NCBI GenBank assembly: GCA_017987895.1
Contig: JAGNSU010000004.1
Coordinates: 24,773 to 88,772 of the forward strand
DNA length: 64,000 nt
DNA from: Flavobacteriales bacterium
Lineage (GTDB): Bacteria > Bacteroidota > Bacteroidia > Flavobacteriales_F > PHOS-HE28
Direction of reading: 5' to 3'
The notes beneath the pieces were generated by a model. It had not been told where the DNA came from. It searched no databases and saw nothing but the letters and a program-made list of their open reading frames with translations. How positions within the stretch are numbered: the stretch's first letter is position 1; each line of letters starts with the position of its first letter. The position numbers and the translations under genes were made by a program. Shown here piece by piece: positions 29,920-38,388 of this stretch.

Positions 29920-30321
29920 ATGAAGCTGCGTCGCCGCAAGCGCGAACATGCCGAGGTGAGCACCGAGTCGCTCAACGACATCATGTTCTTCCTGCTTCTG
30001 TTCTTCCTTATCGTGAGCACCCTGGTGAACCCGAACGTCATCAAACTGCTCCTCCCGAACAGCAAACAGAGCAAGACGATCGACAAGGTGCAGGTCCTGC
30101 TGCAGGTCACCGAGGACCATCAGTACTTCATCAACAAAACACCGGTGGCCGAGGAGGACCTGAAAGGGGCTCTGGTCGAAGCCACCCGGCAATTGGATCA
30201 GCCTACCATCGTCCTTCGTTTGGACCGCAGCCTGAGCGTGCAGGACCTGGTCAACGTGCTACAGATCGGCACAGAAATAAGGGTCAAGATGATCCTGGCC
30301 ACCCAGAACGAAAGCTCATGA
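29920..30321 (+). CDS. exbD: Biopolymer transporter ExbD/TolR
   Basis: 133 aa, N-terminal TM (DIMFFLLLFFLIV), ExbD fold; 3 nt after the exbB stop. Confidence 0.85.
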   Translation: MKLRRRKREHAEVSTESLNDIMFFLLLFFLIVSTLVNPNVIKLLLPNSKQSKTIDKVQVLLQVTEDHQYFINKTPVAEEDLKGALVEATRQLDQPTIVLRLDRSLSVQDLVNVLQIGTEIRVKMILATQNESS

Positions 30322-31142
30322 CCGCCGCACCGGAGATCCCCACCAGCAGAAGGGTGTCCGCGTTGGTGTTATCGATCGCCCTGCACGGGCTGCTGCTACT
30401 GTTCCTGATCCTCATGAAGATCGTGACCCCCATACCTCCTTTCCCTGAGGGAGGTGGCCCAGGTATGGAACTTGGTATCGCGGATCTTGGGTACAGTGAA
30501 GAAGGAATGGGGGACAATGAGTCCATGGAGGCGCCTGGAGGAGGTTCATCAGCCGCCGCAGCGAGCGAAAGTGTTTCCGCCAGCGAAGAGTTGATCGCGG
30601 AAGAGGATGGTGAGGACATGGCGCGGCCAACACCGAAGCCCACCGAAAAGCCCAAGACCGATCCCACTACCAAACCGGTGACCAAGCCGAAGGAGCCCAA
30701 GATCAGCCCACCCACCGTAAGCAATGCGCTGAAAGAAGCCCTTGGTGGAGCATGGAACAGCAGCGGAGGCAACGGTCCTGGATCCGGTCAGGGCGGAGAT
30801 GGTTCATCCAATACGCCAGGGAACGAAGGCGTTCCCGGTGGCAGCCCGAACGGCTATGGGACCTTTGGCGGAGGCAGCTTCAACCTCGCCGGGCGTGGCA
30901 TTGGCCGGGCACCGAAGATCACGGAGAAGCCAGAACAGAGCGGCAAAGTGGTCTTGACCATCTTCGTGGACCGCAGTGGAAAAGTGACCCGCACCGCGCT
31001 GAACTTGGACAAGAGCACCACGACCAATCAGACCCTTGTACAGATGGCCAAGAAGGCCGCCCTTGAGAGCACCTTTACACCGAAGGCGGATGCCGCGGCG
31101 GAGCAACGCGGCGAGATGACCTTCGTGTTCATACTGGAGTGA
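30318..31142 (+). CDS. tonB: Energy transducer TonB
   Basis: N-terminal TM, Pro/Lys/Thr-rich spacer PTPKPTEKPKTDPTTKPVTKPKEPK, C-terminal TonB domain; start overlaps the exbD stop. Confidence 0.7.
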   Translation: MTAAPEIPTSRRVSALVLSIALHGLLLLFLILMKIVTPIPPFPEGGGPGMELGIADLGYSEEGMGDNESMEAPGGGSSAAAASESVSASEELIAEEDGEDMARPTPKPTEKPKTDPTTKPVTKPKEPKISPPTVSNALKEALGGAWNSSGGNGPGSGQGGDGSSNTPGNEGVPGGSPNGYGTFGGGSFNLAGRGIGRAPKITEKPEQSGKVVLTIFVDRSGKVTRTALNLDKSTTTNQTLVQMAKKAALESTFTPKADAAAEQRGEMTFVFILE

Positions 31143-31143
31143 A

Positions 31144-32361
31144 GTGACCTATTCGGAGACGCTCGCGTACCTCTACGCGCAGCTGCCGATGTTCCAGCGC
31201 ATCGGGAAGGCGGCCTATAAGGACGACTTGCGGAACACCCAGGCGCTCATGGACCTGTTGGGCCATCCGGACCGCGGCCTCCACTGTGTGCATGTGGCGG
31301 GCACCAACGGCAAGGGCAGTACCAGCCATCTGGTCGCGAGCGTGCTACAGGAAGCGGGCTACAAAGTGGGGCTGCATACCTCACCGCACCTCAAAGACGT
31401 TCGTGAGCGCTTTCGCATCAATGGATCGATGATCCCTGAACCGGAACTTGTTCGTTTCGTGGAAGATCACAAAGCCGGGTTCGAACCGATAAACGCCTCC
31501 TTTTTCGAATGGGGCGTGGCGCTCGCGTTCTGGTGGTTCCGTCAGGAGAATGTGGACATCGCCGTGGTCGAGACCGGCATGGGCGGGAGGCTGGACAGCA
31601 CGAACGTGGTAACACCCGAGGTGAGCGTGATCACCAACATCGGATGGGACCATATGGACTTTCTCGGGCATACGCTCGAGGCCATCGCGGCGGAGAAAGC
31701 GGGGATCATGAAGGCGGGGGTTCCGGCGGTGATCGGAGAAGCGGCTGGCGAGGTCGCCAAGGTCTTCTGGCGGAAAGCCGAAGAGCTTTCCGTTCCCCTC
31801 GTATTCGTGGACCAGACCACTGCGCTGGTCCATCCGAGCGCCTTAGCCGGCGCCCATCAGGAGCGGAACACAAGAACGGCCCTTGCCACGATCGAGGTTC
31901 TGCGCGGAAAAGGTTGGCGGATCAGCGAGGAGCAGATCGCTCTTGGTTTGTCGAATGTCATTGAGAACACGGGGTTGCAAGGTCGATGGCAGATCCTGGC
32001 CGAGCCGCCCCTCACCATCGCCGATGTCGCGCACAATGTGGACGGTATCCGCGCGGTGAAGGGCATGCTGGAACGACTTCCGTTCGACGCGCTCCACATC
32101 GTCTTCGGTGCGGTGAACGACAAAGACTTGGGATCAGTGCTACACGAACTGCCCGTCGGGGCCACTTACTATTACTGCAAGGCCGACATCCCCCGCGGCC
32201 TGGATGCGGAGGAGCTTCGGGCACAAGCTTCGTTTCACGGACTGAAAGGCTCCACCTACCCCTCGGTGCAGGCCGCCTACCGCGCGGCATTCTCCGCTGC
32301 CGCACTGAACGATCTGGTCCTGATCACCGGGAGCGTATTCGTGGTGGCGGAGGTGCTCTGA
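31144..32361 (+). CDS. folC: Bifunctional folylpolyglutamate synthase/dihydrofolate synthase
   Basis: VHVAGTNGKGSTSHL P-loop, Mur-ligase fold; GTG start 2 nt after the tonB stop. Confidence 0.85.
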   Translation: MTYSETLAYLYAQLPMFQRIGKAAYKDDLRNTQALMDLLGHPDRGLHCVHVAGTNGKGSTSHLVASVLQEAGYKVGLHTSPHLKDVRERFRINGSMIPEPELVRFVEDHKAGFEPINASFFEWGVALAFWWFRQENVDIAVVETGMGGRLDSTNVVTPEVSVITNIGWDHMDFLGHTLEAIAAEKAGIMKAGVPAVIGEAAGEVAKVFWRKAEELSVPLVFVDQTTALVHPSALAGAHQERNTRTALATIEVLRGKGWRISEEQIALGLSNVIENTGLQGRWQILAEPPLTIADVAHNVDGIRAVKGMLERLPFDALHIVFGAVNDKDLGSVLHELPVGATYYYCKADIPRGLDAEELRAQASFHGLKGSTYPSVQAAYRAAFSAAALNDLVLITGSVFVVAEVL

Positions 32362-32365
32362 ACGA

Positions 32366-32392
32366 AAAAGCCCCGGAGGACCGGGGCTTGGT
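32366..32392. terminator. Bidirectional intrinsic terminator between folC and tRNA-Val
   Basis: AAAAAG CCCCGG AGGA CCGGGG CTTGG hairpin flanked by an A-tract/T-tract. Confidence 0.6.
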
Positions 32393-32466
32393 GGGACGTA
32401 CTGGATTCGAACCAGTGACCTCATGCGTGTGAAGCATGCGCTCTGAACCAGCTGAGCTAACATCCC
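32389..32466 (-). tRNA. tRNA-Val (anticodon CAC), CCA encoded
   Basis: Reverse complement GGGATGTTAGCTCAGCTGGTTCAGAGCGCATGCTTCACACGCATGAGGTCACTGGTTCGAATCCAGTACGTCCCACCA folds as a cloverleaf with anticodon loop TTCACAC. Confidence 0.8.
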
Positions 32467-32504
32467 GGGTACCCACCTTCGCAGGAACCTGCGGCAGGTG
32501 AAAG

Positions 32505-32579
32505 TGGAGGCAGCCGGATTCGAACCAGCGACCCTCTGCTTGTAAGGCAGATGCTCTGAACCAGCTGAGCTATGCCTCC
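32505..32579 (-). tRNA. tRNA-Val (anticodon TAC)
   Basis: Reverse complement GGAGGCATAGCTCAGCTGGTTCAGAGCATCTGCCTTACAAGCAGAGGGTCGCTGGTTCGAATCCGGCTGCCTCCA; anticodon loop CTTACAA. Confidence 0.8.
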
Positions 32580-32880
32580 GGTGTAAAGAACTTCGACAAT
32601 AGGTGGGCTCGAAAAGCCCCAAAAGGGCTGCGAATATAGCCCTTCGCACGGACGACACATCCAGGCCCTAAGGGATGGCCGACAGTATCCAAGTGGCACC
32701 CCCATCAAACTCCTAGGACCGCACTGGCACTGCGACCCATCGATCGCCCGGAACGAGCGAGCACCTGTCAGACGCTTCGCTCCCTGGCGCTCCAGTGCTG
32801 CTCAGCTCCTTTATCGGAGACCCAGGGTTCTAGGGTGCAAGGAGCGTTTGTTTAAGATTTAACAGTTTTTATTCAACATT

Positions 32881-32913
32881 TTGATCAACCGAGAACATCG
32901 TGCGCTATGTTTG
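32881..32913 (+). promoter_or_regulatory. Putative Bacteroidota sigma-A promoter (TTG-N22-TATGTTTG) for the ECF-sigma/carotenoid operon, inside an AT-rich island
   Basis: -33 TTG at 32881-32883 and TAnnTTTG-type -7 box TATGTTTG at 32906-32913; the surrounding 32838-32945 is strongly AT-rich. Confidence 0.45.
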
Positions 32914-32948
32914 TCCAACATTTTGAAAAATACGTTAAACAAACAGAC

Positions 32949-33458
32949 ATGTCCACCATCGAATTCCAGCAACACCTCATCGGCCTGCGGCAACAGCTCT
33001 ATTACTTCGCACTGAGCTTGACCAAGGATCGCGATGATGCCCAGGACCTGCTCCAGGAGAGTACGTTGCGCGCACTGACCTATAAGGACAGGTACCAAGA
33101 CAACACGAACCTCAAGGCGTGGTTGTACACCATCATGAAGAACACGTTCATCAACAACCATCGCCGGTCCAAGCGCACCAAGTCACTGATGGACAGCGTG
33201 GAAAGGGAGCGCAGCACGGTGCGGAGGATACATACCACAGCTACTGCGGAAAGTAGCATGGTCCGTTCCGAGTTGGAGAGCAGCCTTGATCGGCTGGAGG
33301 GCAGCTTTCGGAAGCCGTTCATCATGCACCATGAAGGCTTCAAGTACCACGAGATCGCCGATCACCTTGGGATACCCATCGGTACCGTCAAAAGCCGGAT
33401 CCACCAAGCCCGTCAACGATTGATGGGCATGTTGACCGAGAAGCCCCTGGCCGCGTGA
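32949..33458 (+). CDS. RNA polymerase ECF-type sigma-70 factor
   Basis: Sigma-70 region 2 (DAQDLLQESTLRALTYKDRY...WLYTIMKNTFINNHRR) and region 4 (HHEGFKYHEIADHLGIPIGTVKSRIHQAR); track ORF starts at 32907 but that ATG lies inside the -7 box, so 32949 (MSTIEF) is preferred. Confidence 0.75.
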   Translation: MSTIEFQQHLIGLRQQLYYFALSLTKDRDDAQDLLQESTLRALTYKDRYQDNTNLKAWLYTIMKNTFINNHRRSKRTKSLMDSVERERSTVRRIHTTATAESSMVRSELESSLDRLEGSFRKPFIMHHEGFKYHEIADHLGIPIGTVKSRIHQARQRLMGMLTEKPLAA

Positions 33459-34939
33459 CCGAACGTGCGTTGGTCATAGGCTCCGGCTTCGCCGGTCTTT
33501 CCGCGGCAGCTTCGTTGGCCGCGAAAGGATACGCCGTGACCGTGCTCGAGAAGAACGATTCCCCGGGCGGAAGAGCGCGCGTGTTGAAGGAGAAAGGGTT
33601 CACGTTCGATATGGGACCAAGTTGGTATTGGATGCCGGACGTGTTCGAGGCCTGGTTCGCGCGCTTCGGGGACCGGGTGCAAGACCACTACGATCTGGTA
33701 CGCTTGGATCCGAGCTATCAGGTGATCTTTTCACCCACCGATCATTGGCGCCTTCCTGCGCGTATGTCCGAACTCACGGACTTTTTCGAGGCAGTGGAAC
33801 CCGGAGCGGGCAAAGCGCTCGGCCGCTTTCTGGAAGAAGCCCGCATGAAGTACGAGCTGGGCATGAAAGAACTGGTGCATCGTCCCTCATTGTCATGGGG
33901 GGAGTACATGCACCCGCGCCTGTTGGCCGGCATACTGCGGACAAGCGTCTTCACCTCGCTCCGAAAACACGTTGGGCGCCATTTCAAAGATCCACGTCTG
34001 CGCCAACTCATGGAGTTCCCTGTGCTTTTTTTGGGTGCCACGGCAGAGCACATCCCAGCCTTGTACAGCCTGATGAACTATGCCGATATGTCCCTGGGCA
34101 CTTGGTATCCCATGGGTGGTATGGGACGCATCATCGACGGCATGGTCCAAGTGGCCTCCAAGCTGGGCGTCGATCTCCGATGCGACACTGTAGTGGAGAA
34201 GATCCTGGTGCGCGATGGTAAAGCGATAGGTGTGAGCACCAGCCAGGGCGACTTCTTAGCGGACGTTGTGATCGCCGCCGCGGATTACCACCATGTGGAC
34301 CAGCACCTGCTCGAACCGGAGCATCGTAGTTACTCCGAGCACTATTGGAGTGAAAGGGTCCTGGCACCATCCTCCCTTTTGTTCTACTTAGGGTTCGACA
34401 CCCGCCTACCCAAACTGGAACACCACAACCTGTTCTTCGACCGGTCCCTCGATGTGCATGCGCACGAGATCTATGTGGAGCCTAGCTGGCCATCAAGGCC
34501 GCTTATGTACATCTCCGCCCCGTCGAAGACCGACGGATCGGTCGCTCCGGTCGGTCATGAGAACGTGTTCGCCCTGATCCCCATAGCGCCCGGCCTGGCG
34601 GACGGTCCGCAGATACGTGCCAAGTACCTCGCCCAGGTATTGGACCGGCTTTCGGCGCACACCGGCGTGAAGGTCCAGGACCATCTGGTGTATGAACACA
34701 GCTACTGCATCGCGGATTTCGAGCGCGACTACAACGCGTTCCGAGGCAACGCTTACGGCTTGGCGAATACCCTGGCACAAACCGCTGTGTTGAAACCCCG
34801 GATGAAGAGCCGACAAGTGAGCGGGCTTTACTTTGCGGGGCAGCTCACGGTGCCTGGTCCCGGCGTTCCACCAGCGTTGATCAGCGGCCAAGTGGTAGCA
34901 GACCTGATCAGTGATACGGCCCAACGGCAACGCGCATGA
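33455..34939 (+). CDS. crtI: Phytoene desaturase
   Basis: FAD-binding VIGSGFAGLSAAASLAAKGYAVTVLEKNDSPGGR, 494 aa, CrtI-type; GTG start overlaps the sigma-factor stop (GTGA). Confidence 0.9.
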   Translation: MTERALVIGSGFAGLSAAASLAAKGYAVTVLEKNDSPGGRARVLKEKGFTFDMGPSWYWMPDVFEAWFARFGDRVQDHYDLVRLDPSYQVIFSPTDHWRLPARMSELTDFFEAVEPGAGKALGRFLEEARMKYELGMKELVHRPSLSWGEYMHPRLLAGILRTSVFTSLRKHVGRHFKDPRLRQLMEFPVLFLGATAEHIPALYSLMNYADMSLGTWYPMGGMGRIIDGMVQVASKLGVDLRCDTVVEKILVRDGKAIGVSTSQGDFLADVVIAAADYHHVDQHLLEPEHRSYSEHYWSERVLAPSSLLFYLGFDTRLPKLEHHNLFFDRSLDVHAHEIYVEPSWPSRPLMYISAPSKTDGSVAPVGHENVFALIPIAPGLADGPQIRAKYLAQVLDRLSAHTGVKVQDHLVYEHSYCIADFERDYNAFRGNAYGLANTLAQTAVLKPRMKSRQVSGLYFAGQLTVPGPGVPPALISGQVVADLISDTAQRQRA

Positions 34940-35778
34940 ACAGCCTCGCGCAATACGAGAAGGTCTGCCTGCTAGCGAGTAAGCATACGACGCGCAGTTA
35001 CAGTACTTCGTTCTCGCTGGGTATCCGTTCTTTGGATCGCCGTTTCCACGACCCCATCCATGCGATTTATGGCTTTGTGCGGTTCGCGGACGAGATCGTG
35101 GACACCTTCCATGACTTCGACAAATCCGCACTGCTGCGACGGTTCAGGGAGGACACGTACCGCGCCATCGACGAGAAGATCAGTCTCAACCCCATACTCC
35201 ACAGTTTCCAGAACGTGGTGAACCGGTACGGCGTGGAGCGCGAGTTGTACGACACCTTCCTCGACAGCATGGCAATGGACCTTCAGGATTCCACCCATGA
35301 TCAGTGCAGTTACGAAACCTACATCTTGGGGAGTGCCGAGGTCGTCGGGCTCATGTGCCTTCGTGTATTCTGCGAAGGTGATGATGCCTACTACCAGCAG
35401 CTAAAGGGACCTGCCATGCGCTTGGGCGCTGCGTTCCAAAAGGTGAACTTCCTGCGCGACCTGAAGGATGACCATCACAACTTGGGCCGCACCTACTTCC
35501 CCGGTGTGGATGTGAAGTGTATGACGGCAACTGACAAGCGGAGCATTGAATCGGACATCCAAGCGGACTTCGACGCGGCACTTCTGGGGATCCGCAAATT
35601 GCCGAAAGGAGCGCGACTTGGGGTCTACATGGCTTACGTGTACTTTCTGAACCTGTTCCGCAAGATCAAAGCTCTACCCACTGAACGGATACTGGTGGAG
35701 CGCGTCCGTGTGCGCAACCGGCGCAAACTGGCTCTGCTCACCACCAGTTATCTGCGTCACAGCTTAGGACTTCTATGA
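34936..35778 (+). CDS. crtB: Phytoene synthase
   Basis: Squalene/phytoene synthase motifs YGFVRFADEIVD and MAMDL; ATGA overlap with crtI. Confidence 0.9.
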   Translation: MNSLAQYEKVCLLASKHTTRSYSTSFSLGIRSLDRRFHDPIHAIYGFVRFADEIVDTFHDFDKSALLRRFREDTYRAIDEKISLNPILHSFQNVVNRYGVERELYDTFLDSMAMDLQDSTHDQCSYETYILGSAEVVGLMCLRVFCEGDDAYYQQLKGPAMRLGAAFQKVNFLRDLKDDHHNLGRTYFPGVDVKCMTATDKRSIESDIQADFDAALLGIRKLPKGARLGVYMAYVYFLNLFRKIKALPTERILVERVRVRNRRKLALLTTSYLRHSLGLL

Positions 35779-36329
35779 CCGGTCCAGGAGGCGCGGAAGA
35801 GGAATTTGTTGTGCTGGTGGACGAACGGGACGAGGTCCTAGGTACCATGGGGAAAATGGATGCCCATCGTGGTGGCCATTTGCATCGTGCGTTCTCCGTG
35901 TTCGTATTCGATGCCCACGGGCGACCGCTCTTGCAGAAACGAGCTGCGACCAAGTACCACAGTGGCGGCTTGTGGAGCAACGCCTGTTGCGGGCACCCAC
36001 GTCCCGGTGAGAGCATTGAGAACGCAGCTCGTCGCCGATTGAACGAGGAGATGGGGATCGACCGCTATGCCAGCCCTGAGTTCTGGTTCATCTATCGGGC
36101 GACGCTTCCCAATGGACTGGTCGAACACGAGCTGGATCATGTGCTTTTCGCCCAGTTCGAAGGGGTTGCCGAACCTTCCCCAGACGAGGTTGAACAGTGG
36201 CGGTATGCCGACCCCGACGAATTGACCCTTGATCTGGCGGAGCACCCGGAACGTTACACCGCTTGGCTGCACATCAGCTGGCCGGAAGTCCTCGCACGAA
36301 GGGCAGCACGTCCATCCAGCGCCGCTTGA
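35775..36329 (+). CDS. idi: Isopentenyl-diphosphate delta-isomerase (type 1, Nudix)
   Basis: HRAFSVFVFD...LLQKRAATKYHSGGLWSNACCGHP...EHELDHV; ATGA overlap with crtB. Confidence 0.85.
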   Translation: MTGPGGAEEEFVVLVDERDEVLGTMGKMDAHRGGHLHRAFSVFVFDAHGRPLLQKRAATKYHSGGLWSNACCGHPRPGESIENAARRRLNEEMGIDRYASPEFWFIYRATLPNGLVEHELDHVLFAQFEGVAEPSPDEVEQWRYADPDELTLDLAEHPERYTAWLHISWPEVLARRAARPSSAA

Positions 36330-36368
36330 GCAGAGGACTTCACGCTGCTTGCTACCTGACCGCTTCCC

Positions 36369-37715
36369 ATGAAAAGCCCATCGGTAGCCATACACTGGTT
36401 CAGGCGCGACCTGCGCCTCCATGACAACCATGGATTGTACAGGTCGCTGAAGGACCACGGTCGCGTGCTTCCCCTTTTCATCTTCGACACGACCATATTG
36501 GACAAGTTGGAGGACCGGCACGATCGGCGTGTCGACCTCATCCACCGCACTGTCCTCGCCATGAGAACTTACCTGGAGCACAATGGTGCTTCCATGCTGG
36601 TAATGCACGGAGAACCCCTTCAGGTCTGGCGGGAAATTCTGGACCGCTTCGATGTGCGCACCGTCACGGTCAACCACGATCATGAGCCGTACGCGATCGG
36701 ACGGGACCGGACCGTGGCCGATCTTCTAAGATCGCGTGGTATCGAACTCCTTAGTTACAAGGACATCAGCATTTTCGAACGTGGTGAGGTGGTGAAGGAT
36801 AATGGTGGGCCATACACCGTGTTCACCCCGTACATGCGGAAATGGAAGGAACGGTTCGAAACGCGCATGCTCGAACCGTTCCCGTGCGAGGAACTCACCG
36901 AACGGTACTGGCACGCTCCTGCCCTACCCTGCCCGACTCTAAATGAACTGGGGTTCGAACACACGGACCTGGCGATGGCCGAGGCCGAAGTACCGGACAG
37001 CGTCCTCCGGGACTACCACTGGACCAGGGATCTGCCCGCATTGGAAGGCACGAGCCGGATGAGCTCTCATCTCCGCTTCGGCACAGTGAGCATCCGTGCG
37101 CTTATGCGCCAAGCGATGACCATGAGCTCGACATACACGAACGAGCTGATCTGGCGGGAATTCTTCATGCAAGTGCTCTGGCATCACCCATATGCGGGGA
37201 CCCGTGCGATCAAACCGGCCTACGATAGCATCCCCTGGCGCAACAACGAGGAGGAGTTCAAAGCCTGGTGCGAAGGCCGAACCGGCTATCCGCTCGTGGA
37301 CGCCGGAATGCGCGAACTGTTAGCCACCGGCTTGATGCACAACCGTGTCCGGATGGTCGCCGCGAGCTTCCTCACCAAACATCTATTGATCGACTGGCGC
37401 TGGGGGGAAGCTTGGTTCGCGGCCAAGCTCCTGGACTTCGAACTGAGCAGCAACAACGGCGGCTGGCAATGGGCCTCTGGTTCGGGGTGTGATGCCGCAC
37501 CCTACTTCCGGATCTTCAACCCCCACCTGCAACTACAGCGTTTCGATCCGCAGTTAAAATATGTGAAGCGATGGGTGCCGGAACACGGTTCGGCAAACTA
37601 TATGCAGGAGGTGGTCGTTCATGAAGTAGCCCGCGAACGCGCTCTTGAGGCCTACAAACTGGCCCTCAAGGGAGACGTCGGGCGAACCGAACGACAACCT
37701 AATTTGTTCTCCTAG
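36369..37715 (+). CDS. phr: Deoxyribodipyrimidine photolyase / cryptochrome family
   Basis: IHWFRRDLRLHDNHGL N-terminus; FAD-binding C-terminal domain WREFF...GWQWASGSG...PYFRIFNP. Confidence 0.9.
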   Translation: MKSPSVAIHWFRRDLRLHDNHGLYRSLKDHGRVLPLFIFDTTILDKLEDRHDRRVDLIHRTVLAMRTYLEHNGASMLVMHGEPLQVWREILDRFDVRTVTVNHDHEPYAIGRDRTVADLLRSRGIELLSYKDISIFERGEVVKDNGGPYTVFTPYMRKWKERFETRMLEPFPCEELTERYWHAPALPCPTLNELGFEHTDLAMAEAEVPDSVLRDYHWTRDLPALEGTSRMSSHLRFGTVSIRALMRQAMTMSSTYTNELIWREFFMQVLWHHPYAGTRAIKPAYDSIPWRNNEEEFKAWCEGRTGYPLVDAGMRELLATGLMHNRVRMVAASFLTKHLLIDWRWGEAWFAAKLLDFELSSNNGGWQWASGSGCDAAPYFRIFNPHLQLQRFDPQLKYVKRWVPEHGSANYMQEVVVHEVARERALEAYKLALKGDVGRTERQPNLFS

Positions 37716-37718
37716 CAC

Positions 37719-37877
37719 ATGCCACGTAGAAAAAAGCTGATCCTCACCCAACCGGTGAGGGAAGGCATCAAACAGATAAAGGTCCGCTTGGACGCACGCA
37801 CCGTGATCACCCTGGCCAGCCTGAAAGCTCTGGAATTCTGGAAGCAACGCTATCCGAAGGCCGAAGTGATCGGTTGA
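37719..37877 (+). CDS. Small basic hypothetical protein (52 aa), below the ORF-track length cutoff
   Basis: ATG 4 nt after the photolyase stop and TGA 4 nt before the SRPBCC start; translation MPRRKKLILTQPVREGIKQIKVRLDARTVITLASLKALEFWKQRYPKAEVIG. Confidence 0.25.
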   Translation: MPRRKKLILTQPVREGIKQIKVRLDARTVITLASLKALEFWKQRYPKAEVIG

Positions 37878-37881
37878 GGAC

Positions 37882-38373
37882 ATGGAGGCCCACATCCTCG
37901 AACGTGAGCAACTCCTGGAGGTGGACATCACAGCTGCCTGGGCGTTCTTCAGCACACCACGCAACCTCGGATCGATCACGCCGGCGTCCATGCGCTTCAG
38001 CATACATGGGGCCTTCGATGACAGACCCGCACATAACGGTCAATTGATCACGTACAATGTGCGCCCCCTGTTCGGTATCCCAGTGAAATGGGTCACGCGC
38101 ATCGAAGTGGTCGTTCCGGCCCAACAGTTCGCCGATACCCAGCTACAAGGTCCGTTCAAGCGATGGCGGCATTTGCACCGGTTCGAGGCGGTCCACGGAG
38201 GCACTTTGATGCATGACCACGTGGAGTATGAGCTTCCGTTGGGTGCGCTGGGAGAGCTTGCACATCGCCTCGTGGTCCGCGCCAAGATCGAAGACATCTT
38301 CACGTATCGCGAACGCGTTCTACCCGGGCTGGTACCGAGAATGAAGGCAGCAGGCCTCCAGGAAGTGGTATAG
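37882..38373 (+). CDS. SRPBCC (START/Bet v1-like polyketide-cyclase fold) family protein
   Basis: 163 aa with the pattern of SRPBCC ligand-binding proteins commonly found next to photolyase/carotenoid genes. Confidence 0.55.
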   Translation: MEAHILEREQLLEVDITAAWAFFSTPRNLGSITPASMRFSIHGAFDDRPAHNGQLITYNVRPLFGIPVKWVTRIEVVVPAQQFADTQLQGPFKRWRHLHRFEAVHGGTLMHDHVEYELPLGALGELAHRLVVRAKIEDIFTYRERVLPGLVPRMKAAGLQEVV

Positions 38374-38388
38374 CACCTCCACTGCTGG

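Noticed and set aside
32140-32708. Minus-strand ORFs 32140..32658 and 32457..32708
   Set aside because: They run through the two tRNA-Val genes and the terminator, so they are non-coding.
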